Shown here piece by piece: positions 27,875-42,538 of a stretch of DNA of 64,000 nt. The notes under the pieces are model-generated. The model was not told the origin of the DNA and made no database searches. It saw nothing but the letters and a program-made list of their open reading frames with translations. The DNA is taken from NCBI GenBank assembly GCA_003344405.1, contig NOWV01000020.1, forward strand, positions 434,001-498,000. The letters run 5' to 3'. How positions within the stretch are numbered: the first letter of the stretch is position 1; every line of letters begins with the position of its first letter. A program made the position numbers and the translations under genes. This stretch comes from Trichoplax sp. H2. Its lineage: Eukaryota.

Positions 27875-28875
27875 GTGTACAGTAGGCTACAGAAGACGTC
27901 AGTAGAGAAGTCGACCACGTTTACCGCGTTGCTGACCTTACAGTAGTATCATCTTCAGTGTGTGTCATTCGCTGGAGTCCGACGTCACAGTCATTATACT
28001 GTACGCTGTACAGTATACAGTACTGTATGGTTACGGTACAGTACAGTGTACAGTGTACGGTACGCTAGAAAGAGACGCAACAGAACAGGAAAACCCTTGT
28101 TTCTACTACAGTACTTTATACTGTAGTATACGAATACTGTACTGTGGAGGCTGATTCTACAGTACATTTTACTGATCATTTCAACTCTATCGCATGTCTG
28201 TAACAGCACCCTATACCGTCCACGATCGCTATCCAAAATTGGCTGCTATTAGCCTGCTTAGCCTACTAAGCTTGGTTTTAAGCAATATGGTCTACAGTTT
28301 CATCGCTAGCTTATAGTAGAATGCGTAAGAAAGTGGTAAACCTCTACATTATTTTGCACTGAAGCCATTTCGTCGCTTCTTTTTAGATAGTAGTCCATAG
28401 TGCTGCCATATCCATTACGACGTTGGTGACACCGGCATACTGTGCAGTACACTGTGCAAATGTGTACATCACGGCAGTGACGAGTGACTGTTTACGCGTA
28501 GTACAGTAGTGTCACAACCCAATCGCCACGATCGTCACATTATTGTATCACACATACAGTATGACAGTAAACTGTATTCATGTAGTATTACTACAGTAGT
28601 ACGACGGCATGTTTGAGTATCATGGCACTGCCTACTTGTACAGTGTACAGTACAAATAAGAGGCCTTTCTTTACAGTGAAATACTGTACTGTACTGACTA
28701 CTGACTGAACTGTAGTGCCATTGCTGTTGGTACTGTATAACGTCCGTGTTTACCGTTGCTAGTACTGTTGTAGTCATCAATACTGACGTCTGTACAGTAC
28801 TGAGCTGAGTACTCACTTACTGGACTACTGAGTATAGTGTAGTACGTACATACAGGAGGACGTATGTACTGTACC
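27875..28875. promoter_or_regulatory. TACAG/CTGTA islands upstream of SF3A1 (two sub-clusters, ~27875-28170 and ~28430-28875)
   Basis: The same motif family begins ~40 bp upstream of the SF3A1 ATG. Confidence 0.6.
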
Positions 28876-30784
28876 GTCAACGTCAAGGTTTATTTGTCAC
28901 GGGAGAAACCTTCCCAACGTTATTCTCCAGCGCTAAGCATTGGCACGCACAACATTTCTTTCTGTGGAATATTGGTAGTTTAATGAATCTCTTCTTTCAA
29001 GCATAAATCGATCATAACGTTGTAAGCGTCGACGTTAATACATGTCGGAGCAACCTCTTAGTGTTAGAGGATTACAGTATCGATTGGAATCATCGTACGG
29101 TGTCTTATTTTCGTCCTAATCATAACGAGAAATCCTGTGTCAAGATCGGAACAGATTTGGTTTCGCAGCCTTCTTGGTACTTTTTGATTGTAGCGTAAGC
29201 TCTTAGCGAAGTTCGCTACTGTCAGATGCCCAATAGTAAAGTAAAAGTGGAAGGAGTTAAACTCGAAGCCAGTAAGTGCAGAATGAAATGGATGACATGA
29301 TATCAGATTATTCTCCATAGTTGTAAATCATCTTCAATTCCTATCAAAAGTCTCGTCCAAGTGTCTGACATGATCCGGCATTCACATTGATTGAATCAGA
29401 CACAGTTTTGCTGCAGTGACTGCCACTGTTTGGATGAAATAGCGCTGTTGATATATAACAAATTGACTGTGTAGTAACTGAATACTTGTTGTTGATTGTA
29501 TTTTTTCTTTTTTTATTTCAATGGCGATACTTAGATATAGCTGTCACTAGACAGGCTCCTTCTCAGGTGAGTGAATCTTGTCTGCTCTTCGCATAGAAAA
29601 GTATTGTGTCTATAGAAGGTGCTATCGTAGAGGATACTCTACTGTACATACGTGATTTGTTCCAATTTAGCCAAGCTAAATTTTATTGGCCAACTTTAAC
29701 GAAGATGTTGAGTGTTTCTGTACTATTATTGTATAACTTGAACTATCCCTTCTGTAAGAGCGTGTACCACGATTACAATTGTAGTCTCATAAAATAGGGC
29801 TATATCTTGTCGAGATGCTTTATGTCATCAATTTTATCATTTTGTGAATAACGTTCAGATATCTTACCCCGAGCCAAAGAAACCTAGGACCGTAGAAGAT
29901 TTCAATCTTATGGTGAACTACATATTGGATTACGTTGCTAAAGAGGTTAGACTTTTGTTTTACTGATCTCTCATTTTTTTTTAAATTCTACTTTCTGAAC
30001 AACGTTATCACGTAACACCAAGTCAGATTGATTGTAACCTGAAGGCGCTTACTGTACTCTACTACATGACTGTTGATTAACCATGGACTGTGGACTGACT
30101 CGTGTCATAAGCATTCTTCGAAGCTATTCCCTTTTACTAGATATTTGACGTACTATACACCCACAGTACTGTGATCATAAACGTCCAAAAATCTGTATTT
30201 TGTCCTTCAAGATAAAATCCTCGGTTTTAAAACTCTCCAATATTGTTATGGAATTATATTTGTTATATACTGTACTGTACAGTAAATGTTTTGCTCTCCA
30301 AGCATTTTAGTCTTATAAACTGCACTTTAATAAATTCTAATTACAATGTAAAATGTTATACTGTACTTGTACGCAGCATGATTCAAGAGTAATCACTACT
30401 TTTCTACCAAGTACCGCAAACAGGTTGAGACATTTCAAAGCAGAAAGCTATGTCCTCATTTTTGCCATTCCATTTTATGAACTTAGATGGCGATGTTTTG
30501 TGCTTTATTTACCCCCTCAATGTATGGTTATCGTACACTTCATGCCTCTTGCTAAATGGTCTCAATTGAAACGATCACTGCATATTCTTCGTAGACTTTC
30601 CTAGTGCCTGATAATTCGTCGTAAATGTTTCTTACAACTTTCAGAACTTTTCTTATTTTTCGACGATTGAACTTCTTTCAGTGCAGTTGCGTTTTAGAAA
30701 CATGTCATGACTGAATGCGGTATATTGATACTTAGCCAGTACTGGACTATATTTTGTATCAATCTTTGTGCTTTCTATATTGTT

Positions 30785-31305
30785 TCCTGTACAGTGTGCA
30801 GTTCCGTAGTCATAGCCCTACAGTACTATACGATATAGTGTACCACGGTACAAGTCAACCTCCTATGTTTAACCCTACAGACGGACGGAAGTATACAGTA
30901 CACCGGTACAGTGAAAGAAAGAGTACTGTACTAGTGTACAGTACAAGTACTGTAGGAAATGGAGCGAAAAGCGGTTCATTTCTTTGGACGATACACACGC
31001 CTGCCGAGTACGGTACAGTACATACAGTACACTATTTAATTAAAGTACAGTACAGTACTGTAGATCGAACTTTTCATTCATCGGGTGTTGCCTTTTGTAA
31101 CAGCAAACATTAAACATAAAAATGTTTGTTTCGTGCCAGACTCGATAATAATCCGCGACAGTATAGTAATATCATTTCTTAGAAGGTATAATTTCACTAG
31201 TGAGCTTTATTGATTAGACGATAATGCAATGAATTGATTATATAGTCACACGTACTGAAGTACAATGGTACACTTTGAGTGTACACTGTACAGTACTGTA
31301 TACTA
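30785..31305. promoter_or_regulatory. TACAG/CTGTA island upstream of the PHF13-like gene
   Basis: For example gtacagtacagtactgtag (~31044-31062) and gtacactgtacagtactgta (~31281-31300). Confidence 0.55.
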
Positions 31306-31561
31306 CTAGTGGTTACAACTCCTAGTAACTTTGTCATTCTATGACTTCAAGTGCTATACGTTTTTGTGGTATGCCGATATTACTCGGCAGACAATGCATC
31401 ATACAAGCAAAGAAACACTTATGAATAATTGCAATACATCTCTTGTGTCATAGAGAAGTTGAGGAGTTTACTCTTCTTCAATTAAACGTACAGTACATCA
31501 AAGTTAGCAATATTAATCTGCGACTTGTATTCTAATCAATTTTGTGTACCCATTTATTTGA

Positions 31562-32269
31562 ATGAATGAACAGGACGTTGACGGAAGACTGATAAACTCT
31601 AGCCCTAACAGTATGGATTCCACTGCTACGGCTTCTAGTCCATCGCCTATATTGCATAATGATTCCGATAGGAGCGATTTTGAATCTGGTACGGAAATAC
31701 ATTTCGAATTTTTTATATCCAAGTTCATACTAGCAGTTTGCAGAGTACTAAAAATTCATTCATACTAATAGAAAGTAATGTAAATAACTCATTTTGAATT
31801 CCTTAGTTGTGCTAAAGATAGCTATAAATTGATTTCAATTTTAGCTGCAATTTTATTCTGAGTGGTAGAGATTTTTAATGTTAATTTTCTGTATGTTGCA
31901 TATAATAGAGGATGAAGGCTATCACACTGTTACATGCTACTGTGCTAAACCATTTGCTGGTATGTTTTTAAACATAATGAATCTAAATCTGTGAATAATT
32001 TATACATATAATTGCCGATCAATATTCTTTGTCGTTATTATAAGATTGTTATGGTGCCTCCTTTGATTTTACTTTTATAACTATTCGCAGGTCGACCTAT
32101 GATCGAGTGTTCTGAGTGTAATACATGGATCCACCTATCATGCGCAAAGATTAGAAAATCAAACGTACCTGAGGTATTTATATGTCAACGTTGTAAGGAT
32201 GCCAAATATGCCATACGACGATCTGCTCGTGTAAAAAATCAATCAAAACATAGACACAGTCGTGTATGA
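31562..32269 (+). CDS. PHF13: PHD-finger protein of the PHF13/PHF23 family, ~118 aa, 3 exons (31562-31688, 31909-31959, 32091-32269)
   Basis: Spliced product contains [47 protein letters not shown], near-identical to the PHF13 PHD finger. Additional upstream exons cannot be excluded. Confidence 0.88.
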
Positions 32270-33674
32270 TATTGCATTTATTCCCAAGCGATTATTCAAT
32301 TCGGAATGCGTATTGGCTATAAGTGGTCGTCCTTTTGTTGTTTATTGACTTAGTTAATGTGTTATATATAAAATAACTATTTGTATATTGGCATTTGCTT
32401 CATTGCTTGCTAGTTGAAGTATAGTAATAATTAATTGAACATTGAATTGTTATCAATGAAGCTTTAGCATCGCTTCAAATAATAACACATCATTAGAAAA
32501 CGCAAAATGTTATAAATTACCCTATCCCAGAATTCACTATTGTCATACTAACGATTAAATCATTATAGTAAGATTGTACACTCAAATTAGTGCGCCATTA
32601 GACCGAAAATTGCTAATCTTTGTTGTAAATTTCTATCAATTATAATCCGTCTAATAGTCTCATTTTTATAACAACTTTCTTTATGTTATATTGTTCAGTG
32701 CTTAGTAATAACGACTATTGCCGCTTGCTGTGCGCGTAAATGATCGTCATGTAATAACTACCGAAAATTTTGCTTTTTTATATCTCAAATTGTTTGCTAT
32801 GGGTGATACTATAGTTCAACTACGTATTGCCGGTGGTAATTATCGTACTAATTTATGAGGAATAAGGTAATTTTTTGTAGCAATCAGCTGTTAATGTACA
32901 GTATGTCGAAAGAAGTTGATTGTCCTAAAATCCAAGCTGTTAGATGGTATTTGCCTGTATTGTTACTGATCAATTGCAATAGTTGCCATTTTAAATAATT
33001 CTATCGACCTGTATTATACTATATATTAATGTTATGATATTAAGGTTTAAGATAACTAGTCATCAGGCGCATTTGTATGGTATACTCGCATGTTAACCTC
33101 ACATTGGATATTTACGAATTGTAGATGCCCGAAGGTTTATTAACTTATAATTATATTTTTATATTTAAATCATCTTTCATTAAATATTAAAATGAGAAGG
33201 TGGTTTTGACTATTATTATTTGATGCGGTGAGTCTGCGGATGATGAGATAACGGTTATAGTATAAAAGGAACACGTTAAACGTTTCAATCTACACCAAGG
33301 ACTACTAGAAAAGTCTCTTCGTGTACTCCTTGTCCACACTAGCCGTGCAACTCTATGTATTGTATAATATCTTGCACGTACGTTTCAGAGCTGTGATAGC
33401 ATGGTAAGAAATTGGAAACATATCCATGCAAGTTGTAACAAGCACATTTTAGTGCATCGCAAGCCGCTCTCAAGATGACGATTCCTCTGTACTGTACTGC
33501 ATAGTATTTACGATAACAAATATCATACTAGAAAGAGAGATAAGTCATACTACAATAGTATTGGTAATCGATGCGAATCTGGCAGACAACTGCATGCAAG
33601 TTGTAATGTTACCCTAAAGCATAAAATTAAGTCCAAATAAAGGATCAGAAGTCTTTTGAGACGCAATATTATTA

Positions 33675-33950
33675 TATATACTGTATACCGATATACTGTA
33701 CGGTAGAGTACATCACTTTAATGTTTTTATTTTATTTTATTAACGTGTACTGTACACTGTACACTGTACAGTATGAGGACACTATGGAACTTTAAAGCTG
33801 TAGAGTACAGTGTACTGTATGAGAAAGTACTGTACTATACAGTGTACAGTACAGTAATCTTCTAGTTGGACTGCAGTCAGAAAGTACTGTACTAGAATTC
33901 CATGGCGATGTGTGTGGCTAGTTCACGGCCGAACGATTCGGTACTGTGCC
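33675..33950. promoter_or_regulatory. TACAG/CTGTA island upstream of NCKAP1
   Basis: For example gtgtactgtacactgtacactgtacagta (~33745-33773), ending ~120 bp before the ATG at 34068. Confidence 0.6.
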
Positions 33951-34067
33951 AAACGCCTCCCTCAGCATACTGATTTAACTGACTAGTGATAGAGTACTGG
34001 ACTATGCTTCCCATCTCAGTGACAAAAAGAAGGAGTACAAGTCGAAAGTCCGCTTACGTGATTCAAG

Positions 34068-37000
34068 ATGGAGAGAGTTTACAGTATCGAGGAACAAAAA
34101 GTCGCAGAAAAGTTAACTATCCTTAATTCCCGATGTATTGGAATGTTAACACAATTATATAACGTCAAAAAGGTTAGGGCATACTTTTCGTTATAGTTAT
34201 TTCGGTCTAAAATAGGATAAAAGACGTTGATGTTTTCACTGCTCTCAATGCAAATCTCTCTAGACACTGACACTTGAGATTGTACATGATTTCTACTTGT
34301 ATATAGAGTGTTGTGCATTTATTACTAGTGTTCACTGTTACCAGTTATTATTTGATTAAATGTATTATACAAAATGGATGCGTTAATACATAATATTAGG
34401 ATATCATCGTCTTTCGTCAAGGAATATGTGAAAATTTCAATATTCTGGTAAATTGGACGTATTACGAACATCCTCGTACTGTATTGATCACCAATAGATA
34501 GTTGAAGTATTGTACAAGTGGACAGTACTCTAGAGATTTGTGAATAGTAGTAGACTTATTAGCTTCCAGTAAATTTGGCGATGTTCCTTTGAAAAGTGTC
34601 AAATCGGAGTAGGGATATACCAACACTAACCTACAGTCCTGTCATTATCATTAGGGACACCTAGCGCTCCAGATAATTTATTATAGAACTTTCGTAATCA
34701 TACGTTTACTGTCACGAAACTCTTATCACGGCCACTATATGACGAGTAATGCAAACAGATTGACTGTCAACTAATGATGGATGGTCACAGGACTGTAGTA
34801 TATTAGTAGTATACGTGATAGTTTTTAGATAGTTTCAGCCAAGGTGGTAGAATAATTTAATGAAAGGTAGCAGGAGCGAGTAGACTAGTGTTGCATCACC
34901 GGAGTAGACCCTGCCTGTATCGCTCTATTTTTTTTATTAATCTTACAATTGAATCCTAATCATATCCGATTGTGCTCAGTGTACTGTAATATTCACTATA
35001 CAACTGGTAGATGTTTACGTAGGTAGGATGTACAGAGTTTATTCTTGAATGATGATTATTTACAGGTTGCATAGGATATTACGTGTGTTCTTTCAGTTGC
35101 TGTTATAGGAATATGATTCAGCTAAAAGTACCGTATTTATTCCCTTAAAGTCACCAATATCTCATCAGGTGACCTTCTAACTTACTATTTCGTTACTTCA
35201 ATTGATACCTTCTTGGATATTAAATCTAGGCTTGTGGAGATTCCAATTCCAGGCCGAAATATTTCACAGAGAAGAATTATGAACCTTTAATTTCCAGAAT
35301 TCAAAAGAAATTTCCTAACGTTGATATGTCGAAAGATAAAGTAAGTTTACTTGTCCTTTTGGCTAACAACCTACAAACATTTTAGCTGATCTGCTAACTT
35401 GAATACAATATTGAGGTGGACGATAGATTTCAATTTGATACATTGAGTACCTGTAGAATATCGGAGTATTACGAATTACAGAATTTTAAAATACTCGTAC
35501 ACTCGCGTATGTTCTAAAGAACTTCTACTACCGTAGTTTCTGCAACTAGGGATTATACCATTACCGTGCCGTGATTATACTGATAATTAAACTGCTTTTT
35601 AGATAATATCGCAGCTACTAAAGGACTGCTATCAAGATGTATCCAGCACCTTGCATTATTATTATCAAACCTTTGTAGATATCCTAGATTTTGTGGTAGG
35701 TGTTTTAAAACGATCGGTTTCTCTTGAAATCAGTTAATTTTAAATTTTACCCCGAATTTAAGAGAAATATTTTTATTATCATTATTTATATACATTTTAG
35801 GATTCCACAAGAGAGGTTTTAACTTCCTTAAATGTCGGTGGTATCTTTTGTGACCTGGTATAACAATCTCGTTTCATACCGCACAGTATTTATTGATGAT
35901 GTTGTGCTGAGCTACCTAAGCGTATGCCTACTGATAGTCATAGCTTCCACTTCCTCTTAATAGCAGATAAAATATTCATTATAATTGAGTCTTATTTGTG
36001 TAGTAATGCGATATTAGCAACTAAGAGAGGTCAAGTTATTTTATATGAGCTGTCGAAGTACTATATTTACTGATAGTCGCAATGCAGTTGACAACAGAGG
36101 AAACCTTGCAGGCATAAATGGATTATAAATTGAATAGTTTTGAAAAGAATTTCATTAATTTGAATTGCAGAATGCACCGTTCTTTTGATGATTTTGCGTC
36201 GAGTATCATTTAGATTGTGGTCCTTATTATTAAATTTTTACTCTAGACGATTAATTTCGACCTGTGCAGTAATTTCCTGGAATTAATCACCAATTATTGC
36301 AAGCTGATGATTTTAATGGGTCGTGTAGAGGACCGTAAAATAATCGTAATTCTATTCAATGCTGCTTATGAGATGCAGAACGGTTCAACGTACGTATGAT
36401 TAAATTTTTTAATCGTTAACTATTGCATATTAATTAAGTGACTTACCGGTAGTGCGATCAGTAGTGATTTTTAAAAGGTAACAGAATATTCTTTATCAAT
36501 TACCATACTCATTAGGGAGCAATCGTTTCATAGACTAACTTCGTTGCTAGTAGAATTTGAGAATCCATTGAAGAAGCTTATGGAGGAATTTTCCTTCCAC
36601 GCAAAGGTTGATATTCTTAAATTTTTGTCGACATAGATTACCACTTGAAGATGTGTCTATCAATTTAAGCTTTCATTTATTCGCTCCTTTTATATTATAA
36701 TTATTTACTATAGAATTTGAAAAGCGCACTGCTATCATTAACCGAAATTTATCGTGGGAAATTTGCAGTAAAGGTAAAAGCCTTCGTTATTGTTCACATT
36801 ATCATTAAAGTTATACAAATGCTATCCATTATGCTACCAAGATTAAAATTGTAAGTTTATGTTTATATTCTTGGTAGGAAACAGTAAACGGACTCATTGG
36901 TATTATTTCTAGGCCTATGCGCATTAAAAACGTTGCGAAGTCTCCGAAGGTAACTTCGCAATACATGCAGCGTGTACTTCAGAGCAGTTTTATGATATCA

Positions 37001-40000
37001 CGTAACTTAAAATGCTGAATATTACCTATTATAGATGCGCTCTGATTTATTACTAAGAAACGTCATGAATGAATGGATCATCAGTAAGTTAATAAATTTA
37101 AACTCTTACATGGAGTCGATATTTTTTTTATTCACCTACAATTCTTAATAGTCATATTTAGTGTAATATCATGCAAAACTACCAATTTATTATTGATCAT
37201 GTATCTTCATTTTAGTTGGATTCCTTTTGCATCAACTTCAATTTACAGAAAATGAATCACATGACCTTTGGAAAGAGGCGCTACAGGATTGTTTTTGTTT
37301 TCCGTTATACCGGGATGAAGTTGTTATTGTACAGCGATTATATGAAATACCTTACATACAAAATAACAAAGTGTAAGTAGATCACGATCGCAATATTAAT
37401 TAAAAGTAGGTCTATTTTAAATATTTATCTGCTGACTAAAAGATGCAATGATTTTGTAATTTGAGTAGTTTATCTAAGCGTCTAAAGGAAGTTACCGATT
37501 ACACTGCATTTGCTGTTACTCAAAGGTAACGTAGGTTTAGGATATCTTTGATGGTACACAACATCAAGACATTATAAAGCTATATTTTTGAGGAGCTAGC
37601 GATCTAATACCCTATCGTATCATCTTTAGCGGAGTCAAGCACAAAGAGATTCGCAACATCTTAAAGCTTTCCCTTAACGAATTACGACTCATCTTCACTG
37701 ATCAACCTGGTTTATTAGGTCCTAAAGTATGTTCATACTACCATCTTAGAATGATCGTGTTTCTCATATTTGCATTGTCATGAATTTAAATAGATTATAT
37801 CTGAATTTTTACTATTGCTTATAGGCTCATGCTGCTATGGTGTTGCTGTCCTTAACAAAAAATGAGATTCAATGGTTGGTGCATCATTCGGAAAACATTC
37901 CACTGAAATTCAGAAATAAAGTTAACGCCGATGATTACCAGGAAGAGTATGAGACATATAACATTTATTAATTAGTATTAAGTTAACGACAGAAGAAGTA
38001 TTCTAAAAACCTACATTTATTTCGTATTAGAAATTTAGGCGAGATGCTATTTTGCTTGTTGGAAATTAGAGGTTAGTTGATTGTGATATACTATTTTCAA
38101 AGTCATTTAGTACTAATACTATTTACACGCTGTTTTAGCAATGTTCAAGAAACATGAGGATATTGTTCGTGATTATTACATTCGATATATATCAGAAGGA
38201 GATTCTGCGAGATTTTCTGAAGTTTGCAAAGTCAGTAGCAAAACCTTACTATGTGATTAAATTAAACATCAGCTTATCCTTACAGTTTTTTAATAGTAAC
38301 ACTGGTTATTTACAAATATTTTTAATTATTTTTGTTATGTTAAAGAAATATCCTGCATTAGATGCAGAATATCATCAGCTGATAACTTCATTAATGAATG
38401 CGATGAAGGATTTGTCGGTAGCTGAAGGTAAACTAACGTTTAGGGCTGACACTATATTCAAAAGCTCACCTCCAAATACGGCTGTGTAACATCTTGGGAT
38501 TGATTTTTCTTTTTATTTCATATCAATTTTAGAAGATCAAAATAGTTACAATTTAAATGCCTTTAGATTGGACTGGTTCAGGCTTCAAGTTAGTTTCATC
38601 TTATAATTCTATTTGAAAGATATTGTATCTGATTGATATAAAGTTGCTGGTAGTTGTTAGTTCCTGTCTCAAGTTTTCTGTAGCCCACCTTGACATTAAG
38701 CATTAGTCTGCTTTGATTTACTAGGCTTATACAAGTGTGGCAAAACCTATGGTTTCCATACGATCTGTTCCTGAATTTGTTACTTTAATGGATGCGGCTG
38801 TATCTCATTCTTATTACGTTGATGGCTATGAGAAATACCTGGATCGTATTTCTGACATGTCCTTTTTATTGTACGTGCACCAAATTGAGCAAAGTAGTCG
38901 TAATTTCTTATTCGTAACGAAATTTTTATTTGTTACCTGCAATTTCTGGCATGAGTTGTGCCCACTAAACTGTGGTAAATATATCCTATAATATAGCTTC
39001 TTTTCGAACTTCTTTCGATTCAATTTTGGAAACTGCATCGAAGATTATCGATTTTCAAGGTTGATTTCTTCTGTTGTTTTTCCTTATATTTTTACTTCTT
39101 TAATTGACTACATCGAAATCAATGATACTGCGGTAAAATGGTTAACATAGTATGTTTATGATGCAGGTATGCTATCGCCTTTCCAATGGCTTGCGATCAC
39201 TTTGTTGTATGTACAAACGAATTCTGCCCGGAAGAGGTGAATTAGAATTAATTATGATGAATGTGATTAGTACAGCTTTGCAAAATTACATTCTAAGATT
39301 TTGCTATAGGTAATAGTATTTTATGTTTCTATATAATTAGCGATCACCTATCCGCCATAGAAGTGTATTATCAGCAGAAAGATGTTTAGAAGACATGGCT
39401 AAACAGACAGCATATCATTTAGAGGAACTTTGCAGGGAGCTAATTAAATTTGAACAACAGGTAAAGAACAGGATACTATATGCTTTTTTAGGTTTTATTA
39501 TACGAAAATTTCAATGACGCTTATGATCGCGTTATAATAGGTATTACCTGTTAATGCAGCAAACATGTTAAAGCAAGTTGCCACAAAGACAAAGAAAAAA
39601 CAGAAGGATAAAACGCGAATAAAAGAATTTATTACTCCAGGAACAGAAAGTTTCCGAAAAAGCCGAGAGAATATAACGAGGTGTTATACCATTTGCCTAT
39701 CAGAACCAATTTTACAATTCTGGAAATGCTATTTTTCAGATCGAATATTTTACGTATAGACGTCACTATGTCACACTATCTCTTAGTTACTTTTCTATAA
39801 CTTTATGCTTGACATCGATTTTTGTTCTTTTGCACCGGATACTAGAGTCGACCGAAGTGTTACTTCTGTTACTGAGTTACTTGCAGCTTTCACTCACTTT
39901 GATTCGATACGCGTTGCAAATGCGACTCTCTGCCCTATTGAGTACCTACGAAATGTGATAGAAGATACTTTTAGTGGGTATGTGCCAAAAGTTCTGCCAA

Positions 40001-42538
40001 TACTATCATTTGGCGCAAGCCTACGATTGTAAACACACCTTATATGAGACGGTATTGCTAATATACACTTATTTTACAGGTCTTTTGCTGCCTTAGCTTT
40101 TCATGATCCTGATAGTGGCTTTATTGCTCGCCCGTCCGAGCTATTAAGGAGTATATCGGTAATTGCGGGATTCTTTATATAAAGAAAATGCTTTATAGCC
40201 AATTGCGATTACCGGATAATTGATTTTTTTTCTTAGGCATTTACGGGAACTTTGAAGACGATTGATCATTTCGGTAAATGCGTTGTTCTTTCAATCTTGT
40301 TTACGTATTAAGTGACGGCGGATAATTTGCTTTTCAGCAACTGCGGATATTGGAGGCCTGTTATTTCATTCGGTGCTTCAACATACGCAAGAAATTGATA
40401 GTAAAGGACAGAAAACCGTTACAGGTTTATATCTGTCTTGGTAAGAATCTATGATAATTTAGGCAGATCAAGCTAATCTTTTATTTAATATATCTACTTC
40501 TCAAACCTTACATTTTATAGGTTAACTGATGTATTGCTAAATCGAATTATCAACGGGGGTATATGTTATTCGCCAAGTCATAAAATGTTTGTAAGTCATC
40601 GAAGTGTATCATTAAAAGCGGAAGATTATACCGACGTTGCCGGTAAGGGAGTCGTGTACTAACCCTTAGCGGTAGATATTATCTACTTTGCGTAATTGTC
40701 AGTCGATTAAATTATCTAAAGATCTATTGTTTCATCAGAACTTGAGTCTCTTGCTGAGATCATTGGACCTTCCGGTATGCGGGTAATATGTAGTAAAATT
40801 GTAGAAAAAGTTTGCGCGGAAGTAACAGAATTAAAGGTAAGTGTAATCCATATGGATGTACGCGTAATGATTGGATTTTAGGTTTAAAGTGCTGATTTGC
40901 AATATCTGCTTTACCAGAAAATAGTACAATCGAACTCGTCCGCCTTAGAACAAATAAAAAATAAAAAAGAATTTGTCAATGCTAATAGAAATATGAAAGG
41001 TACCCTTATTTATACAGTCTGTCACTGGTTTGTTAACGATTTAAATACGTACTCGCGTCTTCTGGTCCGTTTCAGATTGTGAAGAGTTATTAAATAAAAC
41101 CGTAAGAATTGGAGTTATGTTGTGTCTTCGCCAACTTCTTCATGATGCAACTTATTCAGTATGCATACAACTTATTCTATAGAAACATTTAGATCTATAA
41201 TAATGTTGTTAAAAAATAATATTCCTTTATAAACTCTATCAACACAGGCTCTATCGCGACGTACTCCGACATTGCTAACAGTAATAGAAGAGTTCCTCTC
41301 GCATCCACCAAATGATTCTTATATTCTTGTTAGTGCTATATGTAATTAAATATAAATAAAATATATTAAATTGATACCTATGTGCTTTACTAAAAAATTT
41401 ATGTAACTTTATCCAATTTTTTGTTAGCATAAATATGAGACAGCCTCAGTTACAGGAATTGAAAGTCCGATCGATTCTGTTCTTTATTCTGCTCTGAAAC
41501 CAAAAAAGGGTACGCACGTAGAAAGATATTCATAGAATAATTTTTAACTGTAGCCTTCACATAAATGACAAACAAGTATTAAGAGAACTCAATTTTGTGT
41601 ATAAATGATGGATAATCTTTTAGATAGCTCAAATGAAGATCAACAGATCTGGCCTCTATACATGGTGAGTTTATTTGGATTAGCTGAAAATAATATAGAT
41701 TCATGAAATCGTAATTTTTTCTTATTAATAAATATAGGTTATGATTGCTGTATCACTTCCTGATTTCTTAAACCGAGATACTTTTGTTTATGAAAATGTT
41801 CTTGGTGGTAAGACTTAGAAGTTAATAATTACATAATAAAAGTTTAGTAAGCTATTATGATTTAATGCATAAGCGTGCCACATGTAATAACCTACTATTG
41901 TTATCCCTATTAATTGTAAAAGGTTTCTTGAATAATGCTCACTGCTTAGCCAAAGCTATCAATCAACTTGCTAGTGTCTTTTTCTCCTCTGGAGGCGACA
42001 AAGCTTGTTTAGACAAACTAGTAGAGTTTATTTCGGTCAGCAAATAGTTGAAAGTTCTTACAACATGTAAAATTCTTGAATACATAACGTAAGTACTCAT
42101 TTATGGGTTCTTCCCTGATAGATTGCATCAGAATGCGTCTTAAGCCTTGAATGTAGGAAAACGGAAAACGAAAACGAACCGGCTAAACAATATGAACCCC
42201 TATATATTCTCTTAGATATCGTTAGTAATTTTCAGTTTTCCGACTCATATGCACTTACACGTAGTTTTGAAGGTATATTGTATGTATCTATCATTTGCAG
42301 ATTGTTCAAGAATCCCACTTCTTGAAAAGAGATACCATTGAAAGATTTATTTCTCATACTATCATAAGAGATGCCTATCGACAAGTGAGCTTGGTTGGTA
42401 TTTGATCATTCTGAATGTTGTTTTCTTAGTAACTTGTTTGTAATGCTGAAAAAGCCTTAATGATTAATTATTTAGCGCAATGGAGATGAAGCAAGGAAAC
42501 GTCGTAAAAAGGTTGATGCTCGTTCTCATGATTATTAG
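34068..42538 (+). CDS. NCKAP1: Nck-associated protein 1 / Hem (WAVE regulatory complex subunit), ~30 short exons
   Basis: Exon 1 [35 protein letters not shown] (34068-34172), exon 2 [12 protein letters not shown]...KKFP (35229-), [75 protein letters not shown]. The last exon ends in TAG at 42536-42538. Confidence 0.96.
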
